Positions 1 to 13,309 of a DNA stretch of 64,000 nt are shown piece by piece. Position 1 is the first letter of the stretch. Each line of letters opens with the position of its first letter. The position numbers and the translations under genes are program-made. This DNA comes from Harriotta raleighana (Eukaryota): positions 2,611,763 to 2,675,762 of the forward strand of contig JBNZDD010013726.1 in NCBI GenBank assembly GCA_050575255.1, read 5' to 3'. The notes below the pieces were generated by a model. The model was not told where the DNA came from and made no database searches. It saw nothing but the letters and a program-made list of their open reading frames with translations.

Positions 1-1998
1 AGTGGACAGGTGGAGTGGGAAATGCAAATGAGGCGTTTTAATAGTTAAGGAATTNTCATACAGCAGTGTTTGAAGTGGACAGACAGGTGGAGTGGGAAAT
101 GCAAATGAGGCGTTTTAATAGTTAAGGAATTTGAAATACGTGCTCATCTCAGTCTGGTTTGGTTACTCTTAAGAACGAAATTGGGTTTCTCCACTTCTGT
201 CCGAACAAAAAGAAAACTAGGTGCCATAGGAAATGTGATTTTATTCCAAATAATTTGCTGATTGCTTGACATAATACTGAAACAGGCATCGCTTCGGAGC
301 TGACTGGTAAAATTCCATCATTCAGAAGTTGATCAATTTAATGTTGGGCACTTTCAATGGGCAATTTAGTCCAGAAATGTGGTTGAATATAGAATAGATG
401 CAACAACAATTCACTTTTATGTAGTGCTTTGGAGACAATAATGGCAGAAGGGCTATAGAACAGCACAAAATTGATGGCTTGACTTTGTGAGAAATTATTG
501 ATCTAAGAAGCAATGAGAAACAATTTTATTGGGGGGAAAACTCCTCCACGGCGGGGCGGGGGGAGGGAAGATTAGCACTACTGTATGCTGAAACTGAGCA
601 TACAAGGTGCGAGCAGGATAAGAGGATTACTCGACTGTAGAATGGCAGATTAGGCAACTTTTTAAAACATTCATGTAAATAAAATCTGTGAAGCATATAG
701 ACTCTCTCAACATGTCATAGCACACCAAGCAGCCTTTGCAACTAAACAACAGATAATAGACCAATAGTGCAATCAAAATGTTTTCAATATTATGAGAGCA
801 GAGTGCAACCAGATACAATCATAACAGGGACAGACATCTGGGAAGCTGGTAACTGCGAGCAATGCAGAAAGACTCGGGTGTCAATGAGCAAGCCACACAT
901 TTCTTGTACCCTATTGCATGGTTTAACAACATTGGTTCAGCAAGCCATAGTTAGCTCTGTACTCAACATACTGCACAGAAGGGAAAGACATCCAGGCAAT
1001 GAGACCATCTGGTATGGAGATCCACGGGCAGGAGAAACACATGTAGCTTTGCTGCTGGAATTGCAGGCAGATATTTTGAACTGATCCAGAATGCCAAGGT
1101 CAATATTGAGGTCTAGCTTAAGTGTTAGCAGCTCTTTTATTACTGCTCCAGTCATAACCTCTGAACGCACTGACATACCGGCTTCAGACCATACTTCTTG
1201 ATGTAGCTAATACATATGCTCAGCTCCTTATCACAGTGGGCTCTGAACAAAGTGATGCTGTTATGTACCTCAGTTCCAGTCACTAAAGTTTGGTGAGAGG
1301 GTCTCACTGGACAACTTATCAGTCATGTTAATATCACTGGTTGCTTTGTTGACATGTTTAGACAATATGTATTAGAAAATGTTAAATGAGATCATACAAA
1401 TCTGGCCCACATTTTGTCAGTAAATAAGATTCAAGTTGATGGAAGATGTAACAAAGAATATTCAGTTTAGTTTACACCCAGGAAATCAAATGGTGTCATT
1501 TGTTCAGTGTTCCCAGGAATTTGCTAATGGTGTAACCAAAATTTGTTGAAAAGGTAAAATTTCAAGTAACATTTTTGACAACAGTGTATTTTAACAATGG
1601 TAACTTGCTTAAGATTTTCTTCGCGAAGCAATAATAAAGCAGAGCCCCTGGCATGAGAGCACATTACTAGATCACCAATATAGAATGACAAAATCGATTA
1701 TGTGTAAATTTGTTCCTACATAATATCTTCATGCAAATAACCCATGTAGCTGATGGACTGCATGGCCCTTCCTTGTTATTCTTTTAGGCATTAAAGTATT
1801 TAAACAAAAGTATTTAACATCAGATGATGTTGTTTACAGCCGGTACTTCGCGCTGTGAGGGAAGACTTTGCTTATGTAATTTTGGAAAGCAATTCATCAG
1901 TGGTCTGCTGACACATATATTCAACCCATATCTTATTAAAAAAAGCCACGATTTCTGTCTGGACTGCTCCCTGTTACTAATAAGTGAATTCAACACAT

Positions 1999-2390
1999 TG
2001 AGTCAGAAGGTTGTGGGTTCAAATCCAACCTCAAGACTTGGAATCACATAATATAAGCTGATGCGCCAATGTGGTGCTGAGGGTGTGCTTCACTGTCAGA
2101 GGTGTTGTCTTTTCGATGAGATGATAGACCCAGGGGTCACCTGCCTGTTCAGGTGGACGTTAATGGGATCCTCAAAGATTCCATGGCATTGATCGAAAAG
2201 AAAAGGGAGTTCTCCCAGCGTCCTTGACAACATTCGCCCACATAAGTTGGTCATTTGTTTCATGGCTGTTTGTGGGACACAACTGTGCATAATTGTGCTG
2301 CACTCCATTTCACAGTTAATCCTGTCAAGTGCTTTGGGACATCCTTCCAATGTGATAAGATGCTACACCAAATGCAAGGATTATTGTTGA
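1999..2390 (+). mobile_element. Deu-domain SINE (SacSINE1/AmnSINE1-like), near full length, diverged
   Basis: Head TGAGTCAGAAGGTTGTGGGTTCAAATCC (B-box-like); Deu-core motifs CAGGTGGACGT..., CCATGGCA, GGGAGTTCTCCC, GCTGTTTGTGGG; L2-like tail GTGCTTTGGGACATCC...AAATGCAAG. Confidence 0.75.
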
Positions 2391-4844
2391 TAGTAGTCAT
2401 AGTAGCACTGAAGCAAAACCACATTACTTTAGAGATTCGCAGGACAGGAAGCCAGGCTCACTATTTATACCTCTGATCTCTGCAAATTCTTGTCGTCATT
2501 ACAATCGCAGCTTCGATTTGCTCAATGTGTTTGAAGTGTGGAGCAGAAATTTAAACCTCCAACACTGTACTTGGATGGCGAAGGTAGAAATCGTTCCTCT
2601 TTAACATCAACATCAGATTAAGTTCATCTGTACAAAATGCTCAGTGTCTTGATTATACTTGCCTCATCGTTGTGTCTAGTTTACGTGTGATATCACTGTG
2701 TTTGTTGACCACTTGTGCAGTGGCACAAACTTAGCACGATTGACTGCGAGGGAAGGAGGGCTGATTAAATCCACTAATTATACTGACAGATTCCACCCCC
2801 CCCCCCACATCTAAGTAGTGTGTTAGAGGTGTGACAGGTACAACACAACACACATTAATCCCTGGGACATTGATGCAAATTCACCCTGGACCAATGAAGA
2901 ATGATATTAAAGAGGAAAGAATCCAGGTATTGATGCATCACCAAAGTATTGTTAGCAACCTTGGGCTGGAGAGAAAGAAAAAAGTCAGCCATAGGATGAA
3001 CGTTTCCTGGTTTGCGGGCTGAAAACTAGGAGAGAAATGACTTTGAGCAGTCCCAACCTAATTGCTTGTGAGCACGGCCTTACAGCATGAAATTCCATCA
3101 ATTTGACAATAAATCATGACTTCACACATTTGATATTTTGTCAAGGCTTTTGGTACAGCCACATTGAAGGCCAGGGTCGACAGGGAATCCTGGAGACAGC
3201 ACAAAAAAATCAGATTTGGATCAATTGTATAGGATTTGGGGGGCTATCTGTTTAAGATCTCCCACCCCCCAACCCCTCCACCAACCCTCCACTGAAAATG
3301 TTGTGCTTCATATTCTCAGACCCTAACATAGCACCTATGAGTATCCAGTCAATTACAGCATGCCACTTATTTACCATGTACAAGGCAGCTAACCTCTGAG
3401 AAGCCACGGGTAGCTAACCTCAAAACACCAGAAAGGCTTTGCTTCTCATTTGCAATACTGCACATGTCGACTTAGTCACTTGAGGACACATAATGGTTAA
3501 TATATCCTGCATAACCCTGTTGGAAAATCATAGCCAGCAGCCAGTTCCTTGCAGTGCAGGATCATTAGGCACACATTAAATGTTATCTCTGATTTTGCTG
3601 GTTGGGCAGTGGGACAGACTCTCAGTTGTGTGTGGGAGAGAAGTATTCCCAAACATGGTTTGTATTGTGTTTTTTTATTAGAGGGAAATGCGATGATTTT
3701 AGAATAGATTTACAAGGGAAAAAAAGTACAACATTCAAGAGCTGCTTTCAGAAACAGTTGCTTTTTGATCTGCGAAATGCCTTGTGAATCTACACTGGCT
3801 GCTGCTTGATATCTATGTACAGAATTTTTAGCATGAGGGCCAGCAATTCCTAATAATGATGCTCCTTTGTGACTACGTGAATTCATAGCTTCACATCAAA
3901 GACAGCTTCGTGTTAGAAAAACACACTGTTTCTCTTTCGGGGAACGCCTCAATTCCTGAACTGCCTGGTGTGTTTTTTGAAAAAAAAATCTGAAATACAC
4001 ATCTCGGTACTGTATACCTCCATAGCCCTATTGTAATCTTTCTCCCCAGAGGCAAGCTTATTAATAAATGTAAAACATCACTGTACAGTAGATCTGCCAG
4101 ACACCTTCCTTCCTTCCTTTCAGTGGTGACAATGCACCTTTGAAGACATTTCTTTTATTCCTCCTCCAAGAAAAATTGTCTTGTTTTATGTGCAGTGAAT
4201 ATGTGGATCCAAGAGAACAGACTTCTGACCAGCCCACGGGTTCCCTGGTTTGACAGTGTTGGCACAGATGTTGACATTTAGCACTCACTGAGGATGATGA
4301 TGATGGGGGAGAGGAGGTGGGGTTGCAATTGCAGGTCACTTCACCCATTGCCTCTTGGAAATGAATTGAATCTAATTTGTAGATCTTGACACCAGAACCA
4401 GTTGGGAAGCTAAACACCAATAACTTCCACTTGACGTTCAAGGATCTACTGAAACTTCCCCCATTCCATCCATGTCCACGATTTGCGAGAAACTGTGAGT
4501 ACAAATTCTTGGGGACAGAGTGGAATTGAGCCGTGCACCTGCTTTGTACTGAAGTTGGTTGGGTGACACAATTGGTCTGATCACTCTTGAGCTATTATTT
4601 CAAAATAATTCTAGATCTCTATGTAGGAACACCTGCTAGAAAGCACATGTGTGGACCCTGGCCAAGGACAGAAATAGGATCGGATGTGGTTCTAATAGCT
4701 GTGGTCTAATAACTTGTCAACACTGGTCATCTAGTCTGACACACCAAGAATTGCTACTTGAACTATCATTGCCCATTGAAAATAGTTCAGTCTCAGCCAG
4801 CACATTAGATGGGAAGGAGAGAAAATTGGGGGGGAATAAGGTCT

Positions 4845-5020
4845 AGCAGGGAATCAAATCCTCTCCCTCCCACCCCCCCAATCACATAGCAACAGGGAAT
4901 CAGAAGCTTTCCCAGTATTACAGATGAGCAGGGAATCCGACTCCCTGTCTCTCTCACATTGCAAACTCACAGAGAATCATTCGTTCTTCTCTCCTCTAAT
5001 GAGAATCAGGGAATCCTCAC
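4845..5020. repeat. Degenerate ~40-bp tandem repeat, 5 units with a CAGGGAATC core
   Basis: CAGGGAATC/CAGAGAATC near 4847, 4883, 4929, 4970, 5007, each followed by a pyrimidine-rich tract. Confidence 0.6.
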
Positions 5021-5067
5021 CCTATCAGCCTGCCAGGTATTAAACATCACACATATAAACCTCCTAC

Positions 5068-5106
5068 CTGTGTTGCCGAGACTCCATCTGACCCACCTGC
5101 TGCCAT
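5068..5106 (-). other. Candidate short first coding exon (MAAGGSDGVSATQ), gene unidentified
   Basis: Minus strand ATCATGG (good Kozak context), 13 codons, then CAG|GTAGGA donor; in-frame upstream stop. No protein homology recognised. Confidence 0.2.
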
Positions 5107-6984
5107 GATGATGGGACATTGAAACGTCGCCCATATATAGTTTTATCCTTCTGCACATTCAAGCTGCCTCTCAGCAAAAACAAAAAGGGGGCAGGGCTTC
5201 CCACCGCTAAAATGGGTCACATTGGGCATCTTTTGGGTAGTCGAGATTCATCCATTTCACCTGAATTCAGGTCATTGATGTGTTTCGGCAAGTTTGGAGA
5301 GGAACATTGGAATTTGCTAGATACTGAAACTTGACACCTCTTCTCCAGACTGAATCAAAGCAGTTCACAGCACCTCGAAACACCAGAGGGAAGAGCTAGA
5401 CAGATCCCAGTGATGCCAAAGTTGTTGGACCAAACAGCAATCTAAGTTTTGTATTCATCTAAACTTTTTGTACAGGAGATCAGGCAAGAATTTGGAAGTA
5501 ATTACTACAGACTCTTGTGTGTGTATGTGTGTGTGTAAAACAAATAGCCAGAGCTTGGCATCATCGTATTATCCACATCAAAAAAACAACAAGACAGCAC
5601 TCAATAATACACAGAGGAGCAAAAGCAAACAGACGCAGTTTCTACCTCGGATACGCAATGAAGATAGAAACGTGGCTTGTGGAGACCCCGAATGTCACAC
5701 GGACGACAATAGACGCTAATTAAATACATGGACAGCACCGACATCAAAGTAAAATGAATGGGAGTGTGGAGGTGGAGCAGTTTAAAGAGCAGCAAAAGCC
5801 TCGACTTTAGTCAGCAACCAATTGGAAATTGGAGACAGCAAATCCCTTTGCAATGAATTTAGCGCAATGGGTATGGTCATGAATGACTTCTTATTTAAAA
5901 TTTTAAAAAAAACAATATCCACCCCAAAAATGTGTGAAACCTCTTCTTTGTATGTGAAAATAACTGAACGGTGTCAAAAACTGGAGAAGAAAATAAATTG
6001 GGTATGGACTAAGGGTACACAGGAGCATGGCACTGCAGGCATTGCTATAGTTCCCAAAGGGTTAATCTCTGACCAGGAAATGAAACACACACACAGAACT
6101 TGTCTGCATGTTTTAGACATGCAAACAGACATACCAATACCGTTATACAATCTCATTCTCTCTCTCTCTCTCTCTGCCCCTTCTGCAAATTCCCTCTTAC
6201 ATACCTGATGCCTTTACCTCTTAGTGTTTCAGCCTCGCTACTAATCCACACTTAAGTCCTTTCTTAGAAATCCTGGCTTTGTTATCACATTCATAGCTTT
6301 TAGAGCTATTCGGTGCTGGTTTACAGCTTCTTCTCCACAGCAGCTGCACGCATCCCTTCTCACAGATAGATAAATAAAGAGGAATGGTTTCAGGTTCAGT
6401 AGGATGTGAATCCTGCAGGGGGTGTTTCTCCTGTCTTTCCCTCCCTTTTTGCTCTTAAGAGGGCCTCTCTAATCCTTCTTAATAGGTTATTTACCTTATT
6501 GCTCATCTCTTCCCCCCTTCCTACCCATCAGGCTCTTTATTTTTACTCTGTCTTATTCACTTTGCATTATCTTTAACATGGATTAGTCTCATTTGCCTCA
6601 TTCTCAATTTACGGGACAACATAAGGGAGCATCTCAAAATTGTCACAACATTCCTTGCATTTGATATAGTGTTTTTCACGTCTTCTAGATTATTATTTGT
6701 AGTAGTAACACACTTTACTTATAGATATACGCTTATCCTCAAGTAAATATGAAAGGAAGAGCCCTTTTTTTTTCTTCTGATCACTGACTCTGCCTGCAGA
6801 ATGTGCTGATGCTCAAGAACTAAATGTATTTTTAACCCCCATCCACACTGGTCACATTTCTGTGACTAAAATGGGATACCAGAATATAGTATCAGTTTAT
6901 ATTGAGGTTACTCTGCATCAAAACAATATTTATCATTCACAACATTCACTATGGAAAATGTACACAGCAGCTTTCTGTAGATAT

Positions 6985-7170
6985 TGTATGCAAAGTGTCC
7001 CTGGCCACCAATCGCTTAGATAAAATTGGTCATTCACTTCCTTGCTGTTCATAGGACAATATTATCCACAAATTGGCTGCCTACAAAATATACAGTCACT
7101 ACCCATTAAGTTCTTTGAGGCACCCTCGTGACATGCAAAACACTATATCAAATGCAAGGATGATTATCAT
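6985..7170 (+). mobile_element. 3' half of a Deu-domain SINE
   Basis: GTGTCCCTGGCCA, AAATTGGTCATT, CAAATTGGCTGCC, tail ACTATATCAAATGCAAG. Confidence 0.55.
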
Positions 7171-8375
7171 CGTTATTACAATATAAAAATCCATATTTTC
7201 TAATCTTTCAGAGGGTTTATTGCTATCGAGCTGTGGTGTGGGTATATTCAGAATTTAAAAAACAAGCAACCAGACACACTTGGATAATAATAGTGGAAAA
7301 ACCTTGCATCAAACTGAACCGAACAGATCTGTTTGTAATGTCCTAGTGAGCAGTTAACCCATTGAGACTGCCAGTCTTACCACATGACGTCTGAGGAATG
7401 GCACAATTATCAAAACTGTGCATTGCAATAGATTGCCAGAGTAAAAAAAAGACTTTAAACCCGACAAGATAGTCAATTGTCACATCAATGAATGTACTCT
7501 TGATGTGAAACTGCCTTCTAATGTTTGGTAAGCTTGTTAGTATCAAGTAGTCGGGTTTATGATTGAATATCGTATTAAGATGAGGACACTTCTTGTCACA
7601 TGTGATATGTTTAACAACCACGAAGAGGAGCCTGTACGTATGGAATTGGTCTCTTATTCATGTTTCCTAAATAGCAACTATCTGCATGAGACACTGGGTT
7701 AATTTGCTACGCTATGAGAGGTTCCCAGAGGGATTATGTCATTCTGCTTGTCTTGGGGACTAAGACTCATATCTACACGTATATTTCAAATGTTGCAAAA
7801 TTCCGGACTTTAGCAAAAGTCCAATATTAGTTGGCTTTTTATGAAATAAAATAAATTATACAGTATGCATGAAAAAAGGGTGTAGATAAGTGTATAATTA
7901 CCACAATCCTCAAGATCCAAACTCCAAAGATGACTTGTTATAACATCCATGTGTGGATGCAAACATCAACTGAAACTCTCTGAGAAACTTCTTCATAGTA
8001 AAGATAGCTCAGTTCTTATACTTGCCACTGTATTCAATATCAAAGTGAACGATGGGGTGTGAACATCTATTTCTCTTTACATTGTTGTAATAGAGAGAAT
8101 TTGACAATCCCTAACCATGTTCTTGTTTTGGTCTGTCAGAAGTCACTGGGGTCATACTATTAACAGCAACCAGCCCCCTCCACCACGAGTCCCTGTAAAT
8201 GTTTCAGGGATTGATGGAATGGAGGGTTGGGAGGGGTGGGGGAGAGGGAGTTTTGGAGAGGACAACACAATGCTGAGCAAAAGGTAGTCATCTGTGTGAA
8301 GGATGGGTATTTGTTTATGGTTGTTACTCCAAAGGACATAGTACAGGTATATTCATTATGGAATCTATATTTTTT

Positions 8376-8757
8376 TGGATTCTTGTAGCTCAGTGGTTGG
8401 AGCATTTGCCTTACAAGTATGAGACCTGGGTTCGATTCCAGGCAGGGCAAAATCTTGGGCGAGTTTCCTTACTCCACATGCTTAATAATATTCCCTCAAG
8501 AAAAATAATAATTGGTCATTTCAATCCAACAACAACAACAATTTTGATTTATGTAGCGCCCTACACGCCGGATGGCGTCTCAGAGCGCTTGCCACGGCTG
8601 TTTGTGGGATACTACTGTGTGCAATTGGCGGCCATGATTGCTCATAAATATATACAGTTAATTCACTTTACAGTATATCCTGTGAAGTCCTTTGAGTCAT
8701 CTAGAAGATGAGAAAAGCGCTATATCAAATGCAAGTATTATTATTATTATTATTAAT
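8376..8757 (+). mobile_element. tRNA-derived SINE (chimaera SINE2-type), full length, interrupted by an antisense L2 tail at 8529-8591
   Basis: A-box TAGCTCAGTGG, B-box GGTTCGATTCC, body TTTCCTTACTCCACATG and GCTGTTTGTGGG, tail AAAAGCGCTATATCAAATGCAAG(TAT)n; homologous to 17362-17682 and 61187-61448. Confidence 0.9.
8529..8591 (-). mobile_element. 5'-truncated L2 3' tail nested in a SINE
   Basis: (ACA)n then reverse complement of AAGCGCTCTGAGACGCCATCCGGCGTGTAGGGCGCTACATAAAT; CCA on both flanks; absent from the other SINE copies. Confidence 0.8.
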
Positions 8758-9224
8758 ATTCTTTAGTTGTGATCATATACTGCTACATACAGTAACTATT
8801 GGCCAGGACAAAATACTGTACTGTACTGTACTAGTGTGGAATGATTTTTAAAAAATGAATAACATTATTTTATAATTAATTCTAAACTATAGTATTCTTC
8901 TCACATAGTTGAGACAAGATCCAGGTTATTTGAACAGAGGAGAAATCTGAGATTTCATCTGTTCTTTGGCAGCTTAATATACAATGTTCAGGATTCTGAG
9001 ATAGCTACTCTGGTGACCTCGGGGCTCTAAATTCAGAACCATTTATCTGAAGGAAGCTTGAAGGCCAATGTTAAACACTAAAACAGCAGGAAGCTGTTTT
9101 TTGTGTGTAACATTACTTTTAAGTTTTAAATTCCTAAACTAGTTGTTCTACCAGTGATATGTAATGTAATTGTAATTATTGAGTGATATGCAATGGTTTC
9201 TGCTAGGTTTTAGTTGGTTGCTTT

Positions 9225-9522
9225 TCATCCCCTGACCCACCCTCCCCACCATTCGCAGGCATTCTTCAGCCATTCTGCCCCCAATCTCTGGAACTCCATC
9301 CCACAGTCCCCTCCACCTCACTCCCTCTCTGGCTTCCTTCAAGTCCCCCCTCAAGACCTTCGATGGTCCCATCGGTCACCCCAGTCCCGCCCTTTCCCTC
9401 CACCCTCTCCGTCCCCAGGTCGGGTCTGAAACAATGTCTGTCCTGGACCTTGGGACGTCCTCCTGACGTGAAAGGTGCTATAGAAGTGTCACTTTGTTGT
9501 TGTTGTTGTTGTTGTTGTTGTT
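9225..9522 (+). mobile_element. L2 LINE 3' fragment
   Basis: Remnant AFFSHSAPNLWNSIP (L2 ORF2 C-terminus), CCTTGGGACGTCCTCC...GAAAGGTGCTATA, (TTG)n tail. Confidence 0.85.
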
Positions 9523-12500
9523 ATTAAATCCAGCAGTAACCTAATGTGTTCTCTGGGATTCCCAAAGCCTCACCTCTTGCCAACCTGTGTCCAAATTCTC
9601 TGAACTGAGAAAAGCAGAGTGTGTGATCTCAACACTAGAGAAACAGACATACTTCTTACTCTCATTAGTTTGGATCGGAGACTCTTAAGCATGGAGATAG
9701 GTTACTGCATGTGTCAAATACGTGCCTATTCAAAAGCAAAAATAACTATGGAACCTTTGAAAGCATAACTATGAGCTATGCTAATGTCNTGGAGACTCTT
9801 AAGCATGGAGATAGGTTACTGCATGTGTCAAATACGTGCCTATTCAAAAGCGAAAATAACTATGGAACCTTTGAAAGCATAACTATGAGCTATGCTAATG
9901 TCACATTTAAGAACACAAAGAGTGTTTTTACAAAGTGAATAACATTGACACAGAACAGATGGTGTGACCAGAACCTGTGTTTATTAAACACTTAGAACTG
10001 TTGTTCAATACTAAAACCCACTGAACAGATTTATTTTACTACTCCATTAGGATCATAGGACAAGGCTCAAAAATACCATTACAATCTCTGGTGATTCACC
10101 GTTAACTCAATTCATCGCTTCATCAAGATTTTGTAGTCTCTGTTGCCCAAACATATACAGTGCTTATCCTTAGGAATGGGTAATGTTTGGTGCCTCTCAT
10201 TTTAGCAGAAAATAACTCAACATTTCAGAACGTGAAATTCCAAACGGGCAATTGTATAATCTATAGAGTTTCAACTAAGTAGATGAAGTGTTACTGCTAT
10301 CATCATTTCCCTCTCCTCTTCAACCTGTTATATTATTTTTTTTAAATACATGTAGCAAAACAAATGCAACATTAATAATTAGTGAATCTCTGGCACAGAA
10401 GACGGCAATAAAAATGACAATAAATGGCACTTCTAGTCAGAATAAGTGAAAGGAAGCAGGTAAAGAAGTTTATTTCAATTTGTAGAAACATTTTGTAAAT
10501 CAAATGATGAACAAAATTAATCCCTGGGAACAGATTATTCAATGCCCAATTTATTTGGAAAAGCTGAGTGAAAGGATAGGATAATATCATGTATCTACCT
10601 GACAACGTCTGAGATTAAAACTGTCCTGATTTACGGAAATTCTATTTGTTCATCAATTGCCCATTTTTACTCTATAAAGAACATGTTTATTGGACCAGAT
10701 AACGAGAGCAAACAATGTATTGTATGTATGTTCCATCCTCTGTGACTGAAAGGTTTGGGTTCAATTTATTTTCCCCAAAAGAGTTAAAGAAAAATGATTT
10801 TCGAAACCTGAGTTCAGTTTTGTTAAATTCGGGAATCAGAAGTGTAAACAAATAGAGATTATCAAAGGTATTGTGACCAAATGAGTTGCCTGTGAGACAT
10901 CACATTGTATGCTGCCGCACATATCATCACTCCATCTAATGCTCCAGATTTTCAATAGGAACCCAGAGAGTTTGACAGTGTGAGCTGCATAAATTCAAGG
11001 ATGCGGGTATGTGATTGGAAAGGCGGCTGTGTATCAGTCTATCAGTGTCAGTGTGAACAATTCAGAACTGCTTTGAGATTTCTCTTAACTCTTCTTTCCA
11101 TCTCACCCAGTTACCCATTCCCAAGCCTGATTTCCCCCTCCCAGAAAAAGTTGCTTGTTTCAGATCTCTGATCCCTCTGAGACGATGGGTAACCGTGGCT
11201 TCACGGATGGAATTAGTTCATTTTTTACTGGTTATAGGTATTTGCAGCTAACTACAGGGCAGTCTATTCCCAATTGAGAGGGGTACTAACTCCTTCATCT
11301 GTCCCCTTTAACTGACGAACACTCTTCAAAGAGAAGGTGATACTTTGATTTCCCATTTACAGAGCTAAATCCATTCCTCACCTCACCCATGTACAAGTGG
11401 GCAAAGTACAGTTAATTTACAAACAAACAGCGAATGAGATTTTAATCATCCCTCACGCTTGTTAATTTATTGACCTCCAGAGAATAACCTATTATAGCTC
11501 AACAAAGCAGGTTTGAATATAGTATACCGATCAGCAGGGCTGAAAACCATCAGCTTTTAAACACGAGATCAGAAACTCCCCCGAGATGTTCAGGCTGAAT
11601 CTTCTGTCTGTGCAGAGTTAGCCATCAGGGTGACAGGAGGGGCGATAATTAGTGTCAACATTTGGGGGGTTGGGATATGGTAATCAGCCAACACTCATTT
11701 TATAATGATCAAATGTGCTAAGCCTGAAATCTTGTAAGATAATTCTTCCACTTCTGCTTCAATAGTTCATTTTGATCAACTGAAAATATTATCGAACCCA
11801 TCTTGAAGCTGAGCCAGAATCTGCTGTCTTACACTTCGGAAGATAACATCAAGTATTTTCGGAAATTCATTAACTAATAGTTCTGTCGATGACTTTCCCA
11901 AACTGAGTATCAAACGGGGGGTCAAGCAACTTTGAGCAAACAATCTGCTGCTTCATGTAAAGAGTCTGCTGTTGTAGCTTTGAAGAGAATGCTGTAAAAA
12001 CTGGCCTACGCCCAAGAAAGGAAGCTTGCATTTAGATGAGAGAATTAATTTTCAAAGAGTGGTTTACAGGTTGGAGTTTATGGTAGGTATTGGGAGCAAA
12101 GTACATGAAAATATATGTAACATTTCATACGCAGATGGTAATGAACTGAAGGGAGACTTGATAGATCTGGAAACTGATGAAGCTGCCTTGGAGATCACAG
12201 CAGGAGTGGTCTCAGACAGAGTTTTCAAGTGGCCTCCAGGAAACAATGGTTGCCTGGGGAGGGAGAAGTGATGATGGATCCAATGGAATTGTAGTGAGAG
12301 AAATGAGAGCAGCCAGAACAAGCAATGTAGCAAAGTTAATCTCTAGTCTGGTTGTGATAAGCATGGTGAGAGCAGTCATAGTACATTGCACTGAATATGA
12401 CTAGTTCAGAAGAAAATCTGCTTTACTCACTAATGTAATTTGAGACCCACTACCTAGTTCAGTTCAATTGGATTTTATAGGTTCTTTCACATCAGGAGGA

Positions 12501-12745
12501 CATCCCAAAGTGCTAAAGAGGAGTAACTGTGTGACTATGTGCTCTGTGGCTTACCCTGACAAGTACTGATCCCTAACAAACAAATCAGTGGTGCCAGAAT
12601 TAAAGCCTCTATAGGGAGCTAATTTGTATCCTCTATGTCAGAACATGCAAAATATTTTTCTCTCCAAAATCTAGAGAGGAAGGAATTCTGTGTCCTATAT
12701 AAATCTCTTAAACAAAGCCTGTACCGGAATTGGAATTGAAAGATT

Positions 12746-12830
12746 AGTAGAGATACAGATCAGCCATGATCTAATTAAATGGCAGAACAGGCTCGATGAG
12801 CTGAATGGCCTACTCCTGTTCCTATGTTCC
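12746..12830 (+). mobile_element. CR1-type LINE 3' end
   Basis: GATCAGCCATGATCT...AATGGCAGAACAGGCTCGA...GCTGAATGGCCTACTCCTGTTCCTATGTTCC, matching the chondrichthyan CR1 terminus as I recall it. Confidence 0.8.
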
Positions 12831-13309
12831 AACCTCAACAGACCTAAGGGATCAGTACTTGCCCCATCGAACAGATTTGAAGTACGTTAGGTGGGCCTCT
12901 TATTCATCTATCATAATATTTATTTATTTATCACTCTCTGGAGTGGCTATTAAACTAGCTAGGTTGGAATCTGCCAGGGAATGTATGAAGTGGATTTGAC
13001 TGGGCAGGAGAGTTCAGTAGATTGTGATCCAGTGACAGCCTGAGGGCAAAGCTGCTAGAAAATAGGGAGTGAACGGCAAGGCATGGTTGAGAATGAATCT
13101 GTACCCATTCTTATTTGACCATGTAATCAGAAGTCTGAACCATAAAAGGAAGAGAGCAAAAGTCATTTTTAAAAAGGGGCAGAAACATAGGCCTCTTAAA
13201 AAGATTTTAAAAAGTGTCCTCAAGTCATGAGGAATCACTACGCTCATATCTGATTTATTTTGCTTTGAGAAGATTTACAAATCGGTAAAATACTGCAGCA
13301 AGATTTCAT

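Noticed and set aside
1-131. Direct repeat 1-54 / 74-131 around the N at 55
   Set aside because: A single N with duplicated flanks differing by a 4-bp indel is typical of an unmerged contig or haplotype overlap
767-1250. ORFs 767-1084 (+) and 937-1176 (-); DKELSICISYIKK faintly recalls the Gypsy pre-integrase D..L..V..YI..GWP motif
   Set aside because: The following integrase zinc-finger and core motifs could not be recovered; too weak to call
4061-4504. 147-aa minus-strand ORF as a stand-alone gene
   Set aside because: Non-ATG start, no recognisable domain, and a few ORFs of this length are expected by chance in 64 kb over six frames
8376-8450. tRNA-like sequences with a TAC anticodon-like loop (also 17362-17435 and 61375-61448)
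   Set aside because: No proper acceptor stem; each continues into a shared SINE body, so they are SINE heads rather than tRNA genes
9677-9902. 112-bp near-perfect tandem duplication and repeated-peptide ORF 9711-9938
   Set aside because: Copies are separated by the N at 9789 and differ by one base: assembly overlap artefact
12026-12404. Overlapping protein-like ORFs (DLIDLETDEAALEIT; LSETTPAVISKAASS)
   Set aside because: No recognisable family or consistent splice pair; may be very old LINE debris
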